The notes under the pieces: generated by a model
Seen by the model: only the letters and a program-made list of their open reading frames with translations
Told to the model about the DNA's origin: nothing
Databases searched by the model: none
Part shown: one piece after another, positions 8,632 to 16,835 of the stretch
How the letters are laid out: each line of letters opens with the position of its first letter
How positions within the stretch are numbered: the stretch's first letter is position 1
Made by a program: the position numbers and the translations under genes
Assembly (NCBI RefSeq): GCF_003945235.1
Contig: NZ_RSDW01000001.1
Location: 3,870,001-3,902,000 of the forward strand
Length of the DNA: 32,000 nt
DNA from: Edaphobacter aggregans
GTDB lineage: Bacteria; Acidobacteriota; Terriglobia; Terriglobales; Acidobacteriaceae
Direction of reading: 5' to 3'

Positions 8632-9466
8632 TATTAGCGAGGGTCGTTATCATAATTCCGATCAGTCTGAACGGACGACCTTTTCTTTGATTAGTCCTGA
8701 AATGTCGGCAGGTATCGGTGATCCTGCCGGTCATGTTACTGGATTGGCGACTTCCGGACAATGTGTTCATGGACCTATTCAGATCTATCTGTGTTTTGGG
8801 CACATGGCCGTAAAACCGACTGCTCGGACAAGTGATCGCTGCCAATTGACTCGTGACGGCTTTCTCGATGAGCGCATTATCGCCAGTCAATCAGCGAGGA
8901 ATGGTTTCTCATGAGATGGTGAACTGCCGACCAACGAGAACCCTTGGCCTAGTAACGCGGTGTTCAGAATCGCGATTAAAGATCGGCGATCACCGACACG
9001 TTCCCGGCTGAGGCGATCCTGCGTCCGACCCGGTGGAGTTCCACCGGCTTCGAGTCATCGCTCTACCGGAGCACCCTGGCGGGTGCTGGTGGTCATAAAG
9101 GGTCGCGCGAGAGCGATCCACAAGTCATTGATAAACAGTCGTCAAAATAGTCGATGACAAGATGGTCCACAAACTACAGTCTATTGATCGGCTGCGGTTG
9201 GCTTGCTCTGAGGCCAAGTGATGCTTGGGCGAGCTGCGGCTTTTCGATAGCCAACACGCTAAAAGATTCACATTCATTGTGGATTTGGATCCATAATGCT
9301 ATAGTTTTGTCCCTCCGGTTGAAAGACGCAGGCACAGCCTATATTTTAAATCGCTATTCGGGCCAAATGCATTCTCTCAAAGTATGACGTTCTGAAGTCT
9401 TCGGAGTGACATCTGATGATCGCCGCGCGATGCCACGATCTGCTTCCTAGCGGCAGGAGTGCCGAT

Positions 9467-10855
9467 ATGAAACGCCCGCAGATAAGGAAAAAGCTTTCTA
9501 TTTTGGCAATCCTGTGGGTGACCGGAACTGCGATGGCCGTGCCAACTGCTGACTGGACCATCATGGTGTACATGAACGCGAAAAACACTTTGGAGTGTGA
9601 TGCTCTAGAGAACTTTGCACAACTTGCAACGCTGGGCAGTACCTCGACCGTCCCAGTGGTTGCGGAGTTAGGGCGCCCGAAACTGATAATGGACGGTGGC
9701 AAACTACGAAGTCGTAATCGATGCGGCGACAAGGAACCCTGGGACGGCGTGCTCAGATTTTTTGTTACAAAGAATCAACAGCCATTACCACGAAATGCGG
9801 TTCAAATGTTGGGCGCCGCAGACATGGGGTCGGCAGAGACATTGCGAAAATTCGTAGATTGGGCGAAGACCAATTACCCCGCGAAACATTATCTCCTAGT
9901 CATCTGGAACCATGGTCAAGGATGGCGTTTCCAAACATCGCCTAATCAGGCGGTGAATGCAAACTTCTCGAGAGATCGTATACCTGCTCTCCTCACGGAG
10001 GAGTCGAACAAAGCAGGTACAAAAGCAAGGCCACTCCCTCCGGTCGGCGGCTTTCGCTCAGTATCATTTGATGGCGATACGAAGCATTTTTTGTATAACC
10101 GTGACATCCAAGATTCTCTCGGCAGTCTCCTTGGCGCTAGAAAACTAGATGTAATCGGATTTGACGCGTGCTTGATGGCAATGATCGAGAGCGGCTACGC
10201 ATTTCGTTCGCTCGCCACCGTCTTGGTAGCGAGTGAAGAGCTAGAACCAGACCGCGGATGGGACTATGGCGATATCCTGAGACAAGTGCAAGACCATGCG
10301 GGGGCACTTGACGCTAGAGGGATGGGTGAACTCCTGGTTGAGAGCTACAAACGGGTGTACCGTGATCGGCTGAAGACTACGCTGTCAGCTATAAAGTTGG
10401 ACAATGTCGATGGGTTCGCAGATGCCATTAGCAGATTGGCGGTCGAACTCGTGAAAGACCTAGCGCTGGAACGTCAACAAATAGCAAATGCCCGAGTAGC
10501 ATGTCGGAACTACGGAGAAAATCAGAACCTGACAAATTCCATCGATGTTCGCCAGTTTGCGACAAAGTTATTGGAAGTCACTAAGAATGGCGAAGTTTTG
10601 AGGGCGGCGAAGGAAGTAACAGACCTCCTAGATGCTCAGTCGCTTGTTTACTCGCACTATGCTTCAAAGAGAAGCCAAGGAGATTACGGCTCTTTCGGGA
10701 TTTCAATCTACTTTCCAGCATCAAAACACGATTTTGATGAGGATGCAGATAAGGATGGGTACCTTCGGTCAAACAGCAATCACGCAGTGGAGTTCGTTCA
10801 GAAGAACGAGTGGTCTAGATTTCTCGATAGATACTTAAAGCTTTCAGGCAATTAG
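9467..10855 (+). CDS. Secreted clostripain-like cysteine peptidase (family C11, clan CD)
   Basis: Signal peptide MKRPQIRKKLSILAILWVTGTAMA. Contains WTIMVYMNAKNTLE, the His motif VIWNHGQGW and the Cys motif IGFDACLMAMIE. Start moved from 9416 to ATG 9467. Confidence 0.85.
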   Translation: MKRPQIRKKLSILAILWVTGTAMAVPTADWTIMVYMNAKNTLECDALENFAQLATLGSTSTVPVVAELGRPKLIMDGGKLRSRNRCGDKEPWDGVLRFFVTKNQQPLPRNAVQMLGAADMGSAETLRKFVDWAKTNYPAKHYLLVIWNHGQGWRFQTSPNQAVNANFSRDRIPALLTEESNKAGTKARPLPPVGGFRSVSFDGDTKHFLYNRDIQDSLGSLLGARKLDVIGFDACLMAMIESGYAFRSLATVLVASEELEPDRGWDYGDILRQVQDHAGALDARGMGELLVESYKRVYRDRLKTTLSAIKLDNVDGFADAISRLAVELVKDLALERQQIANARVACRNYGENQNLTNSIDVRQFATKLLEVTKNGEVLRAAKEVTDLLDAQSLVYSHYASKRSQGDYGSFGISIYFPASKHDFDEDADKDGYLRSNSNHAVEFVQKNEWSRFLDRYLKLSGN

Positions 10856-10977
10856 ACATCCCTACCCCTTCAGGTTTTTTAGTTAGCACCGGTGCAACCC
10901 AGCGAATTCTTCACATATAAGGCGTCTTCGATTTCTGGCATTAACTCTTCTGTGAATCTAGCGACTTGGAAAGACAA

Positions 10978-12858
10978 ATGCCCGAATGTCCCCGTACCGC
11001 TCTTTTTCAGGGATCCGTAATCCAAATCGTTGTCGCCACGATCGTCTGCTTAGGGATCATCGTCACCACGGGTCATGCTGCGATCCGTTGCGAGAGCGTC
11101 AGCGGCGTTCCTGGTTCCTATAGTCATTCCAGCTTCTACATAAAACAAGCTCAAGCCAATAAGCCACAAACATTGTCGTTTAGGACTACTGGGCCGCTTT
11201 TCTTCACTTTAACGCGTGCATCTAGAACCATCACAGGACGTGCGAACATTGTCGTCAGCAGGTCCAACGCGAAAGAGGGCGCATCAGAAATCGTTTGCGA
11301 GACGGGCTGGACAGATCCGGTTCGTAGCCACACTTTCAGCACACCTCGTGAAAACGACCACGATGGCATCTGGACGATTCAAGTGTTCGATGAGATCTCG
11401 GGGGGACCGACAGGCGAAATTCCCTATGTGATTCAGATGATCCTATCCACACCCCGGGTAGATAACACATTGTTAAGAAGGCTACGCGGTTCGCTCCCCT
11501 CTGACGTACCATTCGGTAATAACGCTCGTAACAGAACATTCTCTCTTTGTGGATTGTCATCAGGTTCGCTTCGCTCCCAGAGCACTTTGGAGATCGCGAC
11601 AAGTGACACGTTCACCGATGTCGGCGAAGGGTTGCCTCAGACGTATTTCATTCATGCTGACCGTTATGTATATCTTCGAATTAGAAGTCCCATAAAATCG
11701 GTCATCACTGTGACAATCTCGGCAAAAGAGCCGGGAGTTGCGTCATTTGCCCCAGTTTGCAATATCGAGAAAAGGTCCACGGAATTGATTGCAGACGGTA
11801 TGATCTACGCGGTAGCCACTTGGGACCGTCTCCTGAATCCTCTCTGGCGGGTAGAAGTATCGGCCAAACCCGTTGGAGAAAGTTACGCAACACAGGCGAA
11901 CCAAGTTATCGTTGAGATTCTACGGCAACGCGACCCTGAGAGAAGAATGGACCAACCGCTCGACTTCCTCGCAAGTTGCTATATATGCAAGACGGTGCGG
12001 CGCAGCACAACTGAAACTTCCAATAGCATAGTTTCCGTAGTGAATGGAGCGATATCGAAACCACTAGACTTTCTCACCGCTGTGTCCGTGACCGTACCCT
12101 CGAACTTTACCCCACGGCAGAATTCTCTTTTGGAGCAATCAATAGAGACGGGGGTGGCGATATGGTCGGCCGAATGTTCTTGGTGCACAATCGATACGCT
12201 TTCAGTTCTGAAGGTCGGCCCTCGTCGACTGATGCGAGCGGACTTGCTGCAAGCCATCCAAGAGTGGCCGGGACCATTGTCCAAGCTAATGGCTGACAAG
12301 AGGCTTAGCGGTTTGCGGCTAACACTTGGCAGTGGCCCAATGTACAAAAGCGTGTCGGACGACGATCCTACGATCAAGAAACTGTGCGGAGCCGCCGAAG
12401 CAGCGCTTCCAGACTATTTCCAGCGGGTCGCCTTCGCATACGGCTGTCGGCCGGGCTCAAAGCCTGAATCTAAGGCAGTCGTGGAGCTTATGTTGGAAGT
12501 GACAGACGGACCGACTGATTGCGGCAAAAGCGTGAACATAGTGGCTTGCGAGCCAGATCGTGAACTGCTCGAGCTAAATGGTAAGGACTATTCGTTTGGC
12601 ATCCTTGGAGGTGACACTTGGATTGGGTCTGGACCACGACATGTGAATCTGCTCCACGTTATACTTCACGAGATAGGACATTGGCTGTGGATGGGGCATG
12701 TTTCGAACGATGCGTCGATCATGTCAGAAGTATTGAACACGTCCCAATGTATCAACGATGCTGACATAGCGGAACTACGTGAAGCGATACAAAGACGGCG
12801 CGAACACCCATATTTCTTTCCGGGCCCCCAAGCGCTCTTGGCTCGAAAAATTAACTAA
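10978..12858 (+). CDS. Membrane-anchored/secreted protein with C-terminal metzincin-type zinc protease motif
   Basis: N-terminal hydrophobic anchor VIQIVVATIVCLGIIVTTGHA. Two beta-sandwich-like segments follow. The C-terminal HVILHEIGHWLWMGH (HExxHxxxxxH) is followed by SIM, a Met-turn candidate. Confidence 0.8.
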   Translation: MPECPRTALFQGSVIQIVVATIVCLGIIVTTGHAAIRCESVSGVPGSYSHSSFYIKQAQANKPQTLSFRTTGPLFFTLTRASRTITGRANIVVSRSNAKEGASEIVCETGWTDPVRSHTFSTPRENDHDGIWTIQVFDEISGGPTGEIPYVIQMILSTPRVDNTLLRRLRGSLPSDVPFGNNARNRTFSLCGLSSGSLRSQSTLEIATSDTFTDVGEGLPQTYFIHADRYVYLRIRSPIKSVITVTISAKEPGVASFAPVCNIEKRSTELIADGMIYAVATWDRLLNPLWRVEVSAKPVGESYATQANQVIVEILRQRDPERRMDQPLDFLASCYICKTVRRSTTETSNSIVSVVNGAISKPLDFLTAVSVTVPSNFTPRQNSLLEQSIETGVAIWSAECSWCTIDTLSVLKVGPRRLMRADLLQAIQEWPGPLSKLMADKRLSGLRLTLGSGPMYKSVSDDDPTIKKLCGAAEAALPDYFQRVAFAYGCRPGSKPESKAVVELMLEVTDGPTDCGKSVNIVACEPDRELLELNGKDYSFGILGGDTWIGSGPRHVNLLHVILHEIGHWLWMGHVSNDASIMSEVLNTSQCINDADIAELREAIQRRREHPYFFPGPQALLARKIN

Positions 12859-12998
12859 GACCACTCAGTATTCGAAGAAATCTTGACTGACCATTGCGTA
12901 CTACCACTTACGCCATAAACGCAGCTTCATATTAGTGAACTCTTTCAGAAGATCACTTCAGTTCCGAGTCTTAATTTACTTGAATATCGGGGGCTATT

Positions 12999-14477
12999 AT
13001 GCGTCGGGAATGGGCCGCTGCATGTGTGTATATTTGTTGCGTGGTGTGGTCGGGGCGCCCCGCTATTGGGCAGGCGACTAAGTGTGAAGTTAGTGATCCT
13101 GGGAGCCACATGTGTTCCTATACCGGCCTCAATAGAAGCTGTACGCTCACAATTGATCGGCTAAGACCATCAACACCTCCCATCATTTACGCGAGGACTG
13201 ATGCCATAATCACCGTAAAAGTGATCAATCCCTCTCCATTTGAGGATCTGTCTTTGGATTGGAAATCCACGACAACTCTGTTACCTCCCGACGCCTTTGC
13301 GACTGCCTTCTCGGCTTTGGCGAGTGTCGGTGGAAAGATAACGCTACTAAGCTCAACTTCAAAAGGGATCGCGAGAGGGCCTGCCGACATTAGTTCCGAT
13401 CAAGAGAGTCTGCTGAGTGAAATACAGGACGATCCCTCAGTTCTCCTTGCGAAGCCTGGACTTGAAATGATAAAGCAGGTTTTGCAAGCGCCGCCCGTCG
13501 ACATTTGTTCGAAAAAAGATCCACGGCCATGGACAAATGCAAAAGAGTGGAAGGCCGATGTCGAACTAGCTTTGCGAAATGCGATTGTCGCAGCCAGAAA
13601 AAGCATGAGCACGACAGAAGATCTCGCGAAAAAGGTCGACGATCTAGGGGCCGAAATCCGCGCGTTACCGGCAGATCAGACTTTCACTGCGGTTTTGAAG
13701 CAGAATCAAACAATTCTTACAAATGCTATTCAAGCACGACTCCAACTTGGCGTGCGATTCCAAACTCTGCTGGACGCCCTAGATGTTATCCCCGATAAGG
13801 GAGTAGCGCTGAAATCTGATACAGCGATTCGTGATTCCGATACGAAAGACAAGAACTACCAGAGCCAGGTCTGGGGTCTGAACTATTTGAACAAACTGAC
13901 GCCTGTGGCAAAGAGGGTTTCGACGACGACTCCAGCAGCTGATCCCGGGTTGCTCGGCACCCTTGCCGAAACCCCAGTAAAACAACCCATCATCTCAGTT
14001 ACTGTGCAATTCCAGTCACCGCAGCGACTCGAAGTATCGAGTGGGTTGATGGTTCCTACGAGTCCATACCATACCTATACAAAAGCTTCGGTAGCGACCA
14101 ACGGTATCGTTACGGATAATATAGTGCAGGAAAATCTAACATATACAGTCGTGCCAGTCGTTTCGGTCAATTTTCTAATAGGTAGAGAGCTCATCGCACG
14201 GAAGCAAAGAGTTGCAACGTTCGCAACCGTAGCTGTGGGATACAATCCGGCAACAAGTGCAGTTGAGTTCGGAACCGGTCTGGCATTTTCGTGGAGGTCG
14301 ATTGTGCTTAGCGGTTTGGCAGATGTAGGACGAGACATGCAGCTCGCCGGTGGGTTCAAAATCGGCGAATCGCTGGGCTTGACGAATGCGGCTACTCCAC
14401 TTACAACGACAAGGTGGGGAATAAGACCTGCGGTGGCACTGAGTGTTCGTATCCCGTTGGGGGGCGCGAGCAAATGA
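12999..14477 (+). CDS. Hypothetical secreted protein (492 aa): Cys-rich N-terminus, helical middle, beta-rich C-terminus
   Basis: Signal-like MRREWAAACVYICCVVWSGRPAIGQA. RBS GGGGG lies upstream of ATG 12999. No recognised catalytic motif. Confidence 0.7.
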   Translation: MRREWAAACVYICCVVWSGRPAIGQATKCEVSDPGSHMCSYTGLNRSCTLTIDRLRPSTPPIIYARTDAIITVKVINPSPFEDLSLDWKSTTTLLPPDAFATAFSALASVGGKITLLSSTSKGIARGPADISSDQESLLSEIQDDPSVLLAKPGLEMIKQVLQAPPVDICSKKDPRPWTNAKEWKADVELALRNAIVAARKSMSTTEDLAKKVDDLGAEIRALPADQTFTAVLKQNQTILTNAIQARLQLGVRFQTLLDALDVIPDKGVALKSDTAIRDSDTKDKNYQSQVWGLNYLNKLTPVAKRVSTTTPAADPGLLGTLAETPVKQPIISVTVQFQSPQRLEVSSGLMVPTSPYHTYTKASVATNGIVTDNIVQENLTYTVVPVVSVNFLIGRELIARKQRVATFATVAVGYNPATSAVEFGTGLAFSWRSIVLSGLADVGRDMQLAGGFKIGESLGLTNAATPLTTTRWGIRPAVALSVRIPLGGASK

Positions 14478-14767
14478 GGGAAGAGCTGACTCTTCAATTC
14501 ACGTTGATCGCGTGCCGAAAGCAGGAAAGACATTCACTCTCTTGCAATTTCGTTCGAATACCAAACTCACCCGTTCTCTTAGCAATTCTTTTTCAGCATC
14601 GGAAGCTATAAGCAAACGCACTCCGACTCGCTGTAGCAGGATCATCACATCTAAATTAAGTTATTCGCTAGTATGCCCCACCACAAATTTCACGATTAGC
14701 TTTGCTGAAGGTGCGAAGGGATGCGGCGGACGGAAGACGCTATGTATTAAACGCAGGGAGATTGTGC

Positions 14768-14795
14768 TTGACTCTGGCCGATTGGTTGATAGGAT
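14768..14795 (+). promoter_or_regulatory. Candidate sigma70-type promoter upstream of the DUF2235 gene
   Basis: TTGACT (14768-14773), a 16-nt spacer, then TAGGAT (14790-14795). It lies in the 362-nt gap after the preceding gene. Pattern match only. Confidence 0.3.
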
Positions 14796-14813
14796 GGCGA
14801 ACACCCGGATTAA

Positions 14814-16835
14814 ATGACGTCGGACACGCGGAGATTCTTATGTCTGAAGTTGATCCCCAATCGCTGCAGGGAAAACCACCCGAGCAGGCGTCAACCAACG
14901 AGCCGCAGAGCAGTATGGAAACGATACAGAAGCCCAACGCGATGCAGTCAACGAAACGCGAACCGAAGGGCATCTTCGTATGTTTGCGATGGCACTGGGA
15001 ACGAGTTTGCGGCAAAGGATTCGCTCGACGGCAACTCGAATGTGGTGAAGCTATATACGGCGTTGCGGCTGGATAATCAGCAGGTTGCCTATTACCATCC
15101 CGGGGTTGGTACTCTGGGAGACCCGTCGAAGAAAGGGCTGGCGCGGAAGTGGTCGGTCGTTACGGGACTGGCGTTTGGTAGTGGCTTTGAGGATAACGTG
15201 CTGGACGCGTACCGATACCTGATGCAGCATTATGCGGACGGAGACAGGGTGTACATCTTCGGGTTTTCGCGGGGCGCGTATACGGCTCGGGCGCTAGCCG
15301 GGCTGTTGCACGGATACGGGCTGCTTTGCAGGGGTAATGAGGGCCACATCCCGTATGCCTGGCGTATGTATACCCAGAAGATCGAGACCCAGAAAGAACT
15401 GAACGCGCATACCATCTCGACGGACACCACATTTCGCGACACGTTTTCGCATAAGAACTTTTCGATTCATTTCATTGGATTGTGGGATACGGTGTCGTCC
15501 GTTGGTTGGATCACGACGCCACTAAGGCTGCTGGACGTGGCAGAGAATCCAATTATTCAACGCGGACGACATGCCGTGAGCATCGACGAACGTCGGTGCT
15601 TCTTCCGGGACAACCTCTATGGCAAACCTGTGGCGGTCGACATTCCTGTCGGTTTGCGCGGCACGCCTGAGGGGGATGCGATTCCGAAGATACAGGACGT
15701 GTTGCAGGTGTGGTTCTCCGGAGTGCACTCGGATGTCGGCGGGAGTTATCCGCAGCTTCAGAGCGGGCTGTCGAACATCACGCTGGAGTGGATGATTAAG
15801 GAGACCGAAGATGCAGGCGCTCATTTTGATAAAGAGCGGGAGCGCATGGTGCTGGGCACGCCGGGACCTGGCGAACCTACACCGGCTACGGCGGCGCTGG
15901 CATCAATGTATGAGAAGCCGAAGTCCCATATGCTGCACCGCTCGCTGCATACGATCTGGTGGCTGTTGGAGTTGTTCCCGCATCGTTACTACGACAAAGA
16001 CGATGCGAGCGTGAAGAAACGGATTTCGCTGGGGGCATACCGCAAGATTCCGACTGGGTCACTGGTTCATACGAGTGTAAGGGAGCGATTGGCGGCGCAA
16101 GCCTGCTATCGACCGAGGAACATTGCGAGCGAGGACTTGATGGATCCGCCTTCGAGTCATGACGCATACCTGCGTTTCGAACCTAAGAAGTGCCGCGAGT
16201 ACTCGATGCGCAAGAACCCATTCGTCGTCTTTGTTGTCGCGGCGCTTGAGTTTGGATTCGCCCTCTATGCTTTGTCATGGCTGATAGCGTTGGCTCATTG
16301 GCATGTGCCTGTGCGAGAGATTCTGACGTCTGTGTGGAAGTCGCGGTCTGCCATGAAAGGGTTTGTGGTGAGCCACTGGCTCTCGAAGATGGGGCAGGCT
16401 GCGGTTTTTGTGTGGATAATGTTTATATCGGCGGCTGTCGTGCTCATCGGGGAGATTGATTACGTTTGTGCGGACCCGGGCGTAGCTATGCCACAAGCGT
16501 CGCGCTTACGACATCCGTCCGCGCTCAGCTCCATCCTAGTTCTAATATTTCTGTATTTCTCTCCGGATACGCGCTGCCTCGCTGTCCAAACCTGCCTCTT
16601 ATCGGGCGATATTGCATCCCACAATCGTCCCGAAAAACTTACATCTGTCATGACAGGACCTCACGAATATGGAGTCACCGCAGAGCAGTTCTTCATTCCC
16701 GGCAAGCAGCGTAGATCCGAAGTCCCCGCGTTCTCGCTTTCTCACGCGAAAGGTTCTAATCGCGCTATGCCTGTTGCTACTCCTCCTGACGACACCGATC
16801 GCGCTGATTCAGCGCTACGGCCCCGTACCGCTTAA
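14814..16835 (+). CDS. DUF2235 (Tle1-like alpha/beta-hydrolase, putative phospholipase) with C-terminal transmembrane helices; 5' end probably frameshifted
   Basis: Motifs VCDGTGNEF, NVVKLY, YYHPGVGT, the nucleophile elbow FGFSRGAYTARALAGLL, and GLWDTVSSVG. TM helices at FVVFVVAALEFGFALYALSWLIALA and AAVFVWIMFISAAVVLIG. The better start signal (GGAG + 6 nt + ATG 14840) is in a different frame; see findings. Confidence 0.85.
   Translation: MTSDTRRFLCLKLIPNRCRENHPSRRQPTSRRAVWKRYRSPTRCSQRNANRRASSYVCDGTGNEFAAKDSLDGNSNVVKLYTALRLDNQQVAYYHPGVGTLGDPSKKGLARKWSVVTGLAFGSGFEDNVLDAYRYLMQHYADGDRVYIFGFSRGAYTARALAGLLHGYGLLCRGNEGHIPYAWRMYTQKIETQKELNAHTISTDTTFRDTFSHKNFSIHFIGLWDTVSSVGWITTPLRLLDVAENPIIQRGRHAVSIDERRCFFRDNLYGKPVAVDIPVGLRGTPEGDAIPKIQDVLQVWFSGVHSDVGGSYPQLQSGLSNITLEWMIKETEDAGAHFDKERERMVLGTPGPGEPTPATAALASMYEKPKSHMLHRSLHTIWWLLELFPHRYYDKDDASVKKRISLGAYRKIPTGSLVHTSVRERLAAQACYRPRNIASEDLMDPPSSHDAYLRFEPKKCREYSMRKNPFVVFVVAALEFGFALYALSWLIALAHWHVPVREILTSVWKSRSAMKGFVVSHWLSKMGQAAVFVWIMFISAAVVLIGEIDYVCADPGVAMPQASRLRHPSALSSILVLIFLYFSPDTRCLAVQTCLLSGDIASHNRPEKLTSVMTGPHEYGVTAEQFFIPGKQRRSEVPAFSLSHAKGSNRAMPVATPPDDTDRADSALRPRTA
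16645..16656. promoter_or_regulatory. 12-bp perfect palindrome CTGTCATGACAG just upstream of the KAP NTPase start
   Basis: Read directly. It ends 12 nt before ATG 16669. Function unknown; an operator is one possibility. Confidence 0.25.
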
